DNA of 64,000 bases from an uncultured Chloroflexia bacterium. Lineage in GTDB: Bacteria; Chloroflexota; Limnocylindria; Limnocylindrales; CSP1-4. Both the position numbers and the translations under genes were made by a program. Below are positions 40,120 to 52,275 of the stretch, piece by piece (within the stretch, counting starts at the first letter, position 1; each line of letters opens with the position of its first letter). The notes under the pieces are model-generated. The model ran no database searches and had not been told where the DNA came from. It saw only the letters and a list, made by a program, of their open reading frames with translations. The DNA lies in assembly GCA_963700555.1 (NCBI GenBank), contig CAVOXZ010000017.1:68155-132154 (forward strand), given 5' to 3'.

Positions 40120-40729
40120 TCAGGCGCGCGCGGCAAGAGCCGCCCGGAGCGCCGACTCGACGAGGTCCTGCGTCTCCGCCAGCCCGCCCGACGTGTCGAG
40201 GACGCGAGTGGCGAACGGGCGAAGCCGTTGCGCCAGGCCCTGCTGCGTGGCCATCCGCTGATCGGCGTCGGCTGCCGGCATCCCACGGGCCAGGAGGCGG
40301 TCCCGCTGGGCGCTCGGACTGCACGTCACCAGCCAGACCTCGTCGCACACCTCGGCAAGACCGCCTTCGACGAGCTTGATCGCCTCGATGGCGACGGCAG
40401 GCACGCCGGCGTGTTCCGCATCCGCGACGGCCTCGAGGATCACGGGTCTGACTGCCGGGTGGACGACGGACTCCAGGTCGCGCAAGGCGTCGGCGTCGGC
40501 GAACACCAGCCGGCCGAGGGCCGCCCGGTCAACCGTGCCGTCCGGGGCGGTGACGGAGGCGCCGAACCGGCGCAGGATCTCCGCGTGGACCGGCGTGCCG
40601 GGTGCCGTCACGTCCCGGGCGATCGCGTCCGCGTCGATCGACCCGGCAGCCGAGCGCGGCCAGCCATCGCGCGACCGTCGACTTGCCGCAGCCGATCGGG
40701 CCCGTGATCCCGATGCGGACGGTCCGCAC
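40120..40729 (-). pseudogene. coaE: Dephospho-CoA kinase, one frame break as assembled
   Basis: GTG 40729 with the P-loop 'IGITGPIGCGKSTVARWL' is in one frame. '..IDADAIARDVTAPGTPVHAEILRRFG..' is in ORF 40120..40611. The join is at ~40639. Confidence 0.85.
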
Positions 40730-40755
40730 TGGGCGAGTTCCCTGGCCGGGCGCCG

Positions 40756-42834
<2,079 letters not shown>

Positions 42835-42838
<4 letters not shown>

Positions 42839-43887
42839 GACCCGGCACCCGTGCGCGCGGCTGCTCGCCGGACCGCGGCCGCAGCCTTCGTTCGCGCGGC
42901 CCGGTCACGTGCCAGGGCCGCTTCGTCGGCGGACCGCCCCAGGGCTCCCTCCCCGGCCAGCTCGACCCAGCGCCGACCCCGGCGCCCGCTCGCGTCCCGA
43001 CCGGGCCGCGGGGTCATCGTCGCGAGCAGCGCCCGCGCGGCAGGCCGCTCGCCGGCCGGCAGCCGCTGGCAGAACGAGCAGAAGTGCGTCGCCCGGATCC
43101 CGATCACGATCCGCCGGACCGGGCGCCCGCAGCGTGGGCAGGGCTGGCCGGTTCGCTGGTAGACGTCCAGCCGCTCCTGCATCTCGCCGTCGCCATCGGG
43201 CGCGGTGTAGTCGTCGATGGAGCTGCCGCGCCGCTCAACCGCCTCGGCGAGGATCTCGACGACGTGCCGGTACAGGACCCGCTGGTCGCGCGGCCGCAGC
43301 GACGCGGCGGAACGGAGCGGATGGAGCCGTGACCGCCAGAGCGCCTCGTCGGCGTAGATGTTCCCGACGCCCGCCACGAACGACTGGTCCACCAGCAGCG
43401 GCTTGAGACGGGCACGACGGCCACGGAGCCGCGCGCGCCAGGCGCGGAGCGTGAACCGCGGGTCGAGCGGCTCCGGGCCCAGGTCGTCGAACGGATCGTC
43501 ACCGGCCGCGTACAGGCCGATCCGTCCGAACTTGCGGACGTCCCGGAACCGGATCTCCCGTCCATCGCCGAGGACGAGGGCGGCCCGCTCATACGGGTCC
43601 ACGGGCACGGACGCCGGGACCACGAACAGCTGGCCGGTCATCTTGAGGTGGATCGTGACGAACGCGCCGCCGTCGAGATCGAGCAGGACCTGCTTGCCGC
43701 GCCGGCCCACGGCCTCGATCCGCCGGCCCGTCACGCCGGTCACGAATGCGGCCGCGTCCTCGTCGCGCAGGGTCCGCGCCCACGCGACGCGCGCCCCGGT
43801 GATCTCCGGGCCGGGTCCCGCCCCGTCGGGCAGGAGCCGGCGACGGAGGTCGCGGGCGACGGTCTCGACCTCGGGCAGCTCAGGCAT
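42835..43887 (-). CDS. mutM: Formamidopyrimidine-DNA glycosylase (Fpg/MutM) with a ~70-aa basic C-terminal extension
   Basis: ATG 43887 'MPELPEVETV'. H2TH region. Zinc finger 'CPRCGRPVRRIVIGIRATHFCSFCQ'. Intact 350 aa. The stop overlaps the ABC-F start (GTGA). Confidence 0.9.
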
Positions 43888-43989
43888 CGCGCAGACGATA
43901 GGGCACGCGCGCCGGGAACGCGCCGCCCGAGCTGACACGCCCGCGCCCGGGGCGCACGCGGTCCAGCGTTCAGGCACCATGAGGGGCCC

Positions 43990-45231
43990 ATGACCACCGC
44001 CCCGTCGCATGTCATCACGCCCGCCCGCGCCCGGGCCGCCCGGATCGGCGTGAGTGCCATGTTCTTCGCCAATGGCGCTGTGGCCGCATCGATCATCCCG
44101 CGGCTGCCCGCCATCAAGGACGGGCTGGCGCTCTCCAACGGCGAGCTCGGGGCGGCGGTGGCCGCGATGCCGCTGGGCGGCCTGCTTGCAGGTGGCCTGG
44201 TGGGCATCCTGGTCGGCCGGTTCGGCAGCGGGCGCGTCGCGATGGTCGCCGGGACGGCAGCCGGCCTGACGCTGGTCGGCGTGGGCGTTGCCGGCTCCTG
44301 GCTGGCGCTCGCCGTCGCATACCTGGTCCTGGGCATGTTCGACGCCACGATGGATGCGTCGATGAACGCCCACAGCATCGGGCTCCAGCGGCAGTACGGG
44401 CGGTCGATCCTCCAGGGGTTCCATGGCATGTGGAGCCTGGGCAGCATGGCGGCCGGAGCGATGGGCGCCATCGCGGCCGGCGTCGGCGTGCCGGTGTCGA
44501 TCCACCTCGCCGCTGCCGGCGTTCGCGCTCGCCGCCACCGCCATCCTCGCGGGCCGGCAATTCCTCCCCGCGTCCGTCGCGGATGCCCACGTCGACGACG
44601 CGTGCCGCGGCCGAGCACATCCACCCGCGCAACGCCCCGCGCCTGCTCCGCCTGCTGCTGCCGATCGCGATGCTCGGGATCCTGTGCGTGATGCTCCAGA
44701 GCTCCGCCGCCACCTGGAGCTCCGTCTACCTCTCCGACGTCCTGGGGCAGCCCGCCGGAATCGCTGCGACGGGGTTCGTCCTGTACATGGGCGCGATGGT
44801 GGTCGGCCGGATGACCAACGACCGGTGGGTGGATCGCTGGGGCATCGACCGCGGTGGTCCGGGCCGGCGCGCTCGTCGGTGCGGTGGCGGTGGTGATGGT
44901 GATCATCGCGGCACCGCTCGATCTCGCGCCGCTCGCGCTGGCCGGGTTCGCCCTGGTGGGCCTCGGGTCATCGTCGATGTTCCCGGTGATGGTCATGACC
45001 GCCGGGTCACGGCCCGGGATCCCCGCCCGCCACGGCGTCGCGATCGTGTCCTGGCTGGTCAGGATCGGCCTGATCATCGCCCCGGCGCTGATCGGTGCGG
45101 CGGCGGACGCGTGGGGTCTCGCGGCGGCGCTGGGGTTCTCGCTGGCCGCGACGCTGGTCGTCGCGCTGGTCGCGCCGACCCTGACCGGCGGCCGGCTCCG
45201 GCGGCGCGCGGCGGCTCGCATCGCCGTCTGA
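43990..45231 (+). pseudogene. MFS transporter, three frame breaks as assembled
   Basis: 12-TM-like hydrophobic pattern spread over ORFs 43990..44691, 44423..44896, 44430..45704 and 44854..45231. Joins are at ~44525, 44603 and 44853 (all +1). The first and last segments share a frame. Confidence 0.7.
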
Positions 45232-45252
45232 CGCACGGCGGCCCGACCGGCC

Positions 45253-48236
45253 CTACGCCTCCACGCCCGGCGGGCGCCTCGGCCGCCTCGGCGAGAACGG
45301 CATCCCGGCGGGAGACCGGCGTCATGCCCTCCCAGGAGTCGCCCGCCTTCACCTCGACCGTGAGCGGCACCGACAGCGGCAGCGCGCCCTCCATCGCCTC
45401 GCGCAGGACGGGCACCAGGCGGTCCACCTCGTCGCGCGGCGTCTCGAGCAGCAGCTCGTCGTGGACCGAGAGCACGACACGCGCCCGGAAGCCGCCCTCG
45501 CGAAGCGCCCGGTCGGTGCGGATCATCGCGATCTTCATGATGTCGGCGGCCGTGCCCTGGATCGGCATGTTGATCGCCATCCGCTCGCCGGCCGAGCGCA
45601 GCGCCCGGTTCGCGGACGTCAGCTCGGGGATCTGGCGCTTGCGCCCGAGCAGCGTGGCGACGTGCCCCTGCTCGGCGGCCGTCTCGCGGATATGGAGCAT
45701 GTAGCGGCTGATCCCGCGCATACGCCGCGAAGTAGCTGGAGATGAACTCCTGGGCATCCTGCCGGCTGATCCCCGCCCGGCTCGAGAGCCCGAAGTCGCT
45801 CATCCCGTAGGCCAGCCCGAAGTTGACCATCTTGGCCATCGACCGCTCGTCTGGCGGTGACCTCGTCCGGCGTCCTTGCGCAGCACGCGGGCCGCGGTCT
45901 CGCGGTGGATGTCGGCCTCGCGGGCGAACGCATCGCGCAGGTGCTCGTCGCCCGACACGTGGGCGAGGATCCGCAGCTCGATCTGGCTGTAGTCGGCGGC
46001 GACCAGCGTGGTGTCCGGCGAGCCGGCCACGAACGCGTGCCGGATCCGGCGGCCGAGCGGCGTGCGGATGGGGATGTTCTGGAGGTTCGGGTCGGACGAG
46101 GACAGGCGCCCGGTCGCCGCCACGGCCTGGTGGAACAGGGTGTGGAGCCGCCCGTCCGGACCCAGCAGCACCGGCAGCGCCTCGACGTAGGTCGAGCGGA
46201 GCTTGGTGTAGGTCCGCCACTCCAGCACCAGCTCGACCACGGGGTGGACGCCCCGCAGCTCCTCGAGGACCGTCGCGTCGGTCGAGTACCCCGTCTTCGT
46301 CTTGCGACCCTTGGGCAGGCCAAGCTCCACGAACAGGAGCTCGCCCAGCTGCTTGGGGCTGCCGATGGTGAACTGGTGGCCGACGACCGCGAAGATCTCG
46401 GCCTCCAGCCGGGCGATCTCGGTGGCGAACTCGCGCTCGAGGGCGGACAGCGCGTCCTGGTCGAGGGCGATCCCCACGGCCTCCATGCGGGCGAGGATCG
46501 GGATCAGCGGCAGCTCGATCTCGTGGAACAGCCGCTCGACGCCCTCGTCCCGGAGTGACTGCTCCAGCGAGGGGCGCACGGCCAGGACCGAGAGCGCCTC
46601 CAGGCCCGCGGTGGCCGTGGGGGGCAGCGCCGCGGCGGACGGCGGCAGGACGAGATCGAGGCGCTCGGCCACGACGTCGGCGATCCTCTGGGCCCGCAGG
46701 GCCGCGTTGACGAGGTAGGCGGCGACCTGGGTGTCGAAGGCCACCGGGGTCGGGATCGTGTCCGGCTCGTCGGCGAACCGGGCGGTGAGCAGCGACTTGA
46801 CCTCGTGACCGACGAGCGGCGTGCCGAGGCGCTCCAGCAGCTTCCGGAGCGCGAGCGCCGCCGCGGGACCATCCGCGGCCACGACCCGTCCGTCGGGGCC
46901 GGCCACCGCGAGCGCGAGCGGCGTCCCCGCCAGTGGGCGGGGGTCGTCGAGGACCAGCGCCACGCCAACGGCGTCCAGGCCGACCAGCCACGGTTCCAGG
47001 GTCGCCACGCGAGCCTCGTCCGCGAGCTCGATCCGACCCGGGTCCACGATGGCGGCGGCGAGGGCCCCGGGCAGGTCGCCCGACGCCTGGGCGATCGCCT
47101 CCGCGCGGGCCTCCACCGCGGCCGAGGTCGCAGCGATCGGGTGCTGGGCCGGCGAGGGGGTCGCCGCCGCGCCACCGCCCGAGACCATGTCGAAGTCCAT
47201 CGAGAGCTGGAGCGAGCCGTCGTCCGGGCGCGCCCTCACGGCACCGCCGGAGCGCCCGCCACCGGGTCCCGTGCCGGCACCCGGTCCACGCCCCTGGGCT
47301 GCCGGGAAGCCCGCCTCGCGGAGCTCGCGCATGGCGGCGACCGCGTCCTCGGGTCGCTCGCCGACGAGCGGGGGCAGCCGGTCGATCAGCGTCCGGAACT
47401 CGTACTCCCGGAACAGCCGGACCACGGCCTCGCGGTCGTACTCCCCCACCCGACCCCGCTCGGGAGTCCAGCTCGACGTCCACGTCGCGGACCAGGCGCA
47501 TCAGCTCGCGGCTCTCGAGCACGGTCTCGCGGTGCTCCTCCAGGAGCGGACGCAGCTTCTCGGGCACCACCTCGTCGAGGTGCTCGTACAGGACGTCCAG
47601 GCTGCCCCAGGTGGCGATCAGCTTCGACGCGGTCTTCTCCCCCACCCCGGGAATGCCGGGGATGTTGTCGGTGGGGTCGCCCTTGAGCGCCTTGTAGTCG
47701 AGCATCTGGTCGGGCCGCAGGCCCCACCGGTCCTGGATCTTCGCCAGGTCGTAGGCAACCGTGTTCGCGATCCCGCCGCGCAGGCTGACCATGAGCGTCG
47801 TGTGCTCGCTGACCAGCTGGAGCATGTCCAGGTCGCCGGTCAGGATGATCGTCTCGAGATCGGCCTCCTCGGCCTGGCCCACCAGCGTGGCGATCGCGTC
47901 GTCGGCCTCGAAGCCCTCCTGCTCGTAGACCGGGATCCCGAGCGCCGCCACGACCTCGCGAACCTTGGGGATCTGCTCCCGCATGTCGTCCGGCATCCGC
48001 GTGCGCGTGCCCTTGTACTCGGCGTAGCGCTCGTGGCGGAAGGTCGGCGCGCCCAGGTCGAAGGCGACCGCCACCCGGTCCGGGCGGGTGTCGGCGATCG
48101 CTCGCAGGACGATGTTGGTGAAGCCGAACACGGCCGTCACCAGCTCGCCCCGGCTCGTGGTCAGGGGCTGGTCGATGAGCGCGAAGTAGCCGCGGTAGAT
48201 GAGCCCGTTGCCGTCGAGCAGCAGGAGGCGTTCCAT
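45253..48236 (-). pseudogene. polA: DNA polymerase I, four to five frame breaks as assembled
   Basis: ATG 48236. The 5'-3' exonuclease domain ('LLLLDGNGLIYRGYFA') is followed by the 3'-5' exo-like and polymerase domains ('ADYSQIELRILAH', 'MAKMVNFGLAYGMS', 'SVHDELLLE') across ORFs 43740..48356, 45800..47449 and 45074..45757. Joins are at ~47463, 45871, 45852 and 45716. The 3' end is uncertain: stop 45253 needs one more indel, otherwise the stop is at 45074. Confidence 0.95.
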
Positions 48237-48410
48237 CGGCTCCGGACCTGCGGGTTGGGACGTCGCCAGTGTAGCCGTGTGCGTGCCGCCCCCATCGCAT
48301 CGCGACAGGCCGCGCACAGCTTCTGCACATCCGGTGGCCAGGATGAGCCTCATCAACGCACCACCGGCCCGGCGATCCCGGGACCGGCAACGTCACGGAG
48401 ATCACCACCC

Positions 48411-48764
48411 ATGCGCGCCCTCTTCGGCATCCTCATCACCGCGGCGATCGCCATCACCGCGGGCGTCATCGGCTTCCAGGCCGGCGTCGCCTCCAACGTC
48501 GCCGCCGCCGGCGGCGTCATCTACCTCGGAGGCGGGTTCGGGGGCTTCGGGTTCCTGTTCTTCCTCCTGTTCATCGGCTTCGTGTTCTTCGCGGTCGGCG
48601 GCATGCGTCGCCGCGCCATGGGCTCCGGCCATTGGGGTGGCCCCGGCCATCGGGGTCCGGGCCCGGACACGCGCCGCGAGTGGGTGGCGGACATGCACCG
48701 GCGCCTCCACGAGGAGGAGTCAGCGACGAGCGGTCCGTCCAGCGGACAGCCCTCCGCCTCCTGA
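48411..48764 (+). CDS. Small Gly/Phe-rich membrane protein (117 aa) preceding a two-component system
   Basis: ATG 48411 with GGAG at 48397-48400. Two hydrophobic segments ('ALFGILITAAIAITAGVIGF', 'GFGFLFFLLFIGFVFFAVGG') followed by a charged tail. Confidence 0.5.
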   Translation: MRALFGILITAAIAITAGVIGFQAGVASNVAAAGGVIYLGGGFGGFGFLFFLLFIGFVFFAVGGMRRRAMGSGHWGGPGHRGPGPDTRREWVADMHRRLHEEESATSGPSSGQPSAS

Positions 48765-48828
48765 CACCGCATCTCCCTGGCGCCGGGCGGGTATCCTCGC
48801 CCGGCGTCTTCCCCGTCCCCGGAGTCCC

Positions 48829-49515
48829 ATGCGCACGATCCTCGTCGTCGAGGACGAGCCGCAGATTGCCGGCCTCGTCCGCGACTACCTCGAGCACGCC
48901 GGGTTCGCCGTCATCTCGGCCGTCGACGGACCGGCCGCCCTGGCGCTCGCCCGGGCGCGTCGACCGGACGCCCTCGTCCTCGACCTCGGCCTGCCGCGAC
49001 TCGATGGCCTGGACGTGATCCGGACGATCCGGCGCGACTCCCGGGTCCCGATCCTGATCCTCTCCGCCAGGGGCGACGAGGCCGACCGGGTCGCGGGCCT
49101 CGAGCTCGGCGCGGACGACTACGTCACCAAGCCCTTCAGCCCGCGCGAGCTGGTCGCCCGCGTCCGCGCCGTCCTCCGCCGGTCCGAGGCGGTCCCGATG
49201 ACGGACGAGCGGATCACGGCCGGCGACCTCGAGCTGGACCTGGTGCGCCGCCGGGTGACCGCGGCCGACCGGAACGTCGCGCTGACGCCGACCGAGTTCG
49301 AGCTCCTCGCGACCCTCGCCCGGGAGCCCGGGCGCGTCTGGACCCGGTCGCAGCTGCTCGACGCCGTCCACGGGTTCAGCCTCGAGACCTACGAACGGGC
49401 GATCGACGGCCACATCCGCAACCTGCGCCGGAAGCTCGAGCCGGATGATGTCGCCCCCCGGTACGTCCGGACCGTCCACGGCGTGGGCTACGCGCTGGCG
49501 GACCCGGACGCGTGA
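48829..49515 (+). CDS. OmpR/PhoB-family response regulator
   Basis: ATG 48829. 'ILVVEDE', 'DALVLDLGLPRLDG', 'KPF' and a winged-helix C-terminus ('LTPTEFELLATLA..VRTVHGVGY'). Confidence 0.9.
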   Translation: MRTILVVEDEPQIAGLVRDYLEHAGFAVISAVDGPAALALARARRPDALVLDLGLPRLDGLDVIRTIRRDSRVPILILSARGDEADRVAGLELGADDYVTKPFSPRELVARVRAVLRRSEAVPMTDERITAGDLELDLVRRRVTAADRNVALTPTEFELLATLAREPGRVWTRSQLLDAVHGFSLETYERAIDGHIRNLRRKLEPDDVAPRYVRTVHGVGYALADPDA

Positions 49516-50624
49516 GCTGGCGCGATCACGGGCCCGGCGGGGGTCCGCCGTGGTCCACCGCTCCGAGTCCGGGGTCGGGCGGGTGGGGCGACGGGCCCGG
49601 ACGCCACCGGCGGGGCGGCCTTGGCTTCGTCGGCTGCCTCGTGCTCACGATCGTCCTGGTCATCGGCCTGCTGTCCACGCTCGCCACCTGGGTCGCAGCG
49701 GCGCTGCTCGGCATCCTGGCGCCGTCGGCGGCACCGTCGACACTGACGGCCGTCGCCGTGATCGTCGTGCTGGCGGTCGCGCTCCTGGCCGGCATCCGCG
49801 TGTTCGTGACCGCCGTCCGACCGCTGGGGGAGATCGCCGCGGCAACCACCCGGCTCGCCGACGGGGAGCCCGGCGTGCGCGTGGATCCGCGCGGTCCGCG
49901 GCCGGTGCGCGGTCTGGGCACATCGTTCAACGTGATGGCGGAGCGCCTGGACCGCTCGAGGGACAGCCGCCGGGCCCTGCTCGCGGATGTCACCCACGAG
50001 CTCCGCACGCCCCTGACCGTGGTCCAGGGGGGCCTGGAGGCCATGCTCGACGGGGTTCACCCGATCGATGAGGACCACCTGGCGCCCATCCTCGCCGAGA
50101 CCGCCGTGATGGACCGCCTGCTCGAAGACCTGCGCACGCTGTCCCTCGCGGATGCGGGGGCGCTCACGCTGCACCGCGAGCCTGCCGACCTGCCAGCCAT
50201 CGCCCGCGAAGCCGCCGCCGCCCAGTCGGCGATGGCGGCCGCGAAGCGGGTCGAGCTGCTGGTCACCGGCGATGCGCGCCTGGTCTCGACCGTGGACCCG
50301 GTGCGCTATCGCGAGATCGTCGCCAACCTGCTGGCCAACGCGATCCGCCATACGCCGCCCGGTGGCCGCGTGGAGGCCGACGTCCGCGGCAGCGACGCAA
50401 TGGCGGTGCTCACCGTCCGTGACGATGGCGAGGGAATCCCGGCCGAGGACCTCGAGCGGGTCTTCGACCGCTACCAGCGAAGGGCGGACACCGGCGGGAC
50501 GGGCCTCGGGCTGGCGATCGTCCGGGACCTCGCCGACGCCCATGGCGGCACGGCGTCGGTGGAGAGCGATGGGGTGCCCGGCCGCGGTGCAGCCTTCCGG
50601 GTCGTGATCCCGATCCGGGACTGA
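49512..50624 (+). CDS. Sensor histidine kinase (TM-HAMP-HisKA-HATPase)
   Basis: The GTG start overlaps the RR stop. H-box 'VTHELRTPLT', N-box 'LLANAIRHTP', G-boxes 'DDGEGIP' and 'GTGLGLAIV'. Confidence 0.85.
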   Translation: MSWRDHGPGGGPPWSTAPSPGSGGWGDGPGRHRRGGLGFVGCLVLTIVLVIGLLSTLATWVAAALLGILAPSAAPSTLTAVAVIVVLAVALLAGIRVFVTAVRPLGEIAAATTRLADGEPGVRVDPRGPRPVRGLGTSFNVMAERLDRSRDSRRALLADVTHELRTPLTVVQGGLEAMLDGVHPIDEDHLAPILAETAVMDRLLEDLRTLSLADAGALTLHREPADLPAIAREAAAAQSAMAAAKRVELLVTGDARLVSTVDPVRYREIVANLLANAIRHTPPGGRVEADVRGSDAMAVLTVRDDGEGIPAEDLERVFDRYQRRADTGGTGLGLAIVRDLADAHGGTASVESDGVPGRGAAFRVVIPIRD

Positions 50625-50631
50625 TCGGGCG

Positions 50632-51411
50632 TCAGGTCAGGCGGCGCGCCGCGAGCCGCAACCCGCCGAGGCCGATCCCGATCCCGAGCAGGGTGGCCGC
50701 CAGGGTGAACAGCCCGACTCCTCCCGGTGCCGCCGGGACCAGCGGTGAACGGGCTGACTCGAGCTGGGTGGCGGTGCCACCGGGCGTCTCGCTGCCGGGC
50801 GTGCCCACATTCTGCGGGGCGCCTCCGATGCCGTCGCCGAGCCGCTCCGGCGCCTCGCTCCCCTTCGGCCCGGGTGACGCACCCGGTGCTGCGGCGCCGA
50901 CCATCGACGGCGCCGCGGAAGGCGCGGGAGCAACGAACATCGGCGGCTCGGACTCCACGCCGTCCACGCGCGACTGGTCGACGGGGGCGCCGGCGACCTC
51001 GGGGCCTGGGGCGCCCCCCGCTGCCGGCGCCGACGCCGCGAAGGGCATGCCGAGCGGGCCGGCGAGCAGGAGGCCCGCGATGCCCAGGGTGGCGAGCCCG
51101 GTGCCGAGGGGGCCCGCGAACGCGAACCGGGGACCGGCAAGGGGCTGCAGCAGGCGGCGCCAGGCCGGCGGACGGAGCGATGCGGCCTGGGTGGGGGTGA
51201 GGCGGTAGTCGCGGGAGCGGGCCGGGGCCGGCAGCGCGGCCACGGCGCCGGCGATGCTGCGCAGGTCCCGGTGGAGGACAGCGCAGTCGGCACAGGCCGC
51301 GACCAGGGCCTGGGCGGTCTCGAGGTCCGCGCCGGTGGCGTCACCCGCCGCGTAGGCGGCGACGAGGAGCCGGTCGTGGTCGGCGTGGGGGCTGGGCGGG
51401 ACGTGCGGCAT
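50632..51411 (-). CDS. Anti-sigma factor paralog 2 (zf-HC2-like N-domain, TM, disordered Ala/Pro/Gly ectodomain, C-terminal TM plus Arg-rich tail)
   Basis: ATG 51411 'MPHVPPSPHADHDRLLVAAYAAGD..LVAACADCAVLHRDL'. TM 'LGTGLATLGIAGLLLAGPL'. It ends 'LFTLAATLLGIGIGLGGLRLAARRLT'. Confidence 0.7.
   Translation of the reverse strand: MPHVPPSPHADHDRLLVAAYAAGDATGADLETAQALVAACADCAVLHRDLRSIAGAVAALPAPARSRDYRLTPTQAASLRPPAWRRLLQPLAGPRFAFAGPLGTGLATLGIAGLLLAGPLGMPFAASAPAAGGAPGPEVAGAPVDQSRVDGVESEPPMFVAPAPSAAPSMVGAAAPGASPGPKGSEAPERLGDGIGGAPQNVGTPGSETPGGTATQLESARSPLVPAAPGGVGLFTLAATLLGIGIGLGGLRLAARRLT
51012..51411. repeat. Direct repeat copy A (~400 bp, few mismatches), 5' part of anti-sigma paralog 2
   Basis: It aligns base for base with 51876-52275 at an offset of 864 nt. 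I saw only about 10 substitutions by eye. Confidence 0.85.
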
Positions 51412-51449
51412 GACCCTGCCTTGACGAGACGATCCCGCTCCCGGTTCCG

Positions 51450-52275
51450 TCAGGCGTGCACCCCGAGGCGCCGGCCGGCGAGCCGAAGCGCGGCCATGAG
51501 CAGCCCGGACAGCCAGCGCCAGGCCCGAGAGCAGGGGCAACACGTTCCCCGTGCCGGCATCTTGCTCCCCGAGGTCGGCAGCCAGCTCATCGGGCACGGG
51601 CGTCACGGTTCCGGCGTTCGCAGCGGCCGACGCCTCCTCGGCGGGGGCTCCCTCGAGAGCCGGTGCCTGGGACGCGTCCCCGTCGCCACCGGCCTGGCCT
51701 GCAGGGTCCCCCTCGGCACCGGCCTCGCCCGCAGGTCCCACGCCCGGCGTCGGCGAGGCTGCTTCGAGGCTCTTGAAGCCCAGCACTCCGGGCGAGGCAG
51801 CCTGTGCCTCGGGCTCCATGGCGGGCGCCTGGCCGGCTGGCGCCTCGGTTGCCGCCACCCCGCCCCCCGTCCGCTCGCCCCCCGCTGCCGGCGTCGACGC
51901 CGCGAAGGGCATGCTGAGCGGGCCCGCGAGCAGCAGGCCCGCGATGCCCAGGGTGGCGAGCCCGGTGCCGAGGGGGCCCGCGAACGCGAACCGGGGACCG
52001 GCGAAGGGCTGCAGCAGGCGGCGCCAGGCCGGCGGACGGAGCGAGGCGGCCTGGGTGGGGGTGAGGCGGTAGTCGCGGGAGCGGGCCGGGGCCGGCAGCG
52101 CGGCCACGGCGCCGGCGATGCTGCGCAGGTCCCGGTGGAGGACGGCGCAGTCGGCACAGGCCGCGACCAGGGCCTGGGCGGTCTCGAGGTCCGCGCCGGT
52201 GGCGTCACCCGCCGCGTAGGCGGCGACGAGGAGCCGGTCGTGGTCGGCGTGGGGGCTGGCGGGGACGTGCGGCAT
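51450..52275 (-). pseudogene. Anti-sigma factor paralog 1, coupled to the ECF sigma gene; one frame break as assembled, which fuses it in-frame to paralog 2
   Basis: ATG 52275 overlaps the sigma stop (ATGA). The N-terminal 133 aa are nearly identical to paralog 2. After ~51507 the alternative frame gives 'LPLLSGLALAVGLLMAALRLAGRRLGVHA*' (stop 51450-51452), mirroring the paralog 2 C-terminus. Confidence 0.65.
51876..52275. repeat. Direct repeat copy B (~400 bp), 5' part of anti-sigma paralog 1
   Basis: See copy A. Identity ends at the start codons on one side and at the Ala/Pro-rich region on the other. Confidence 0.85.

Noticed and set aside
45074-45253. A ~60-aa polA C-terminal tail overlapping the end of the convergent MFS gene
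   Set aside because: The tail is Arg/Pro/Gly-rich and non-homologous. A TAG at 45253-45255 becomes in frame with one further indel, which fits the local indel cluster. The exact polA 3' end is left uncertain.
43740-48356. A 1538-aa ORF on the minus strand, the longest in the track
   Set aside because: It is a mosaic. Only short stretches are real: the polA 5'-nuclease domain and 'MAKMVNFGLAYGMS'. The rest is Arg/Pro/Gly-rich read-through in wrong frames of polA and antisense to the MFS and fpg genes. This is typical of stop-poor, high-GC DNA.
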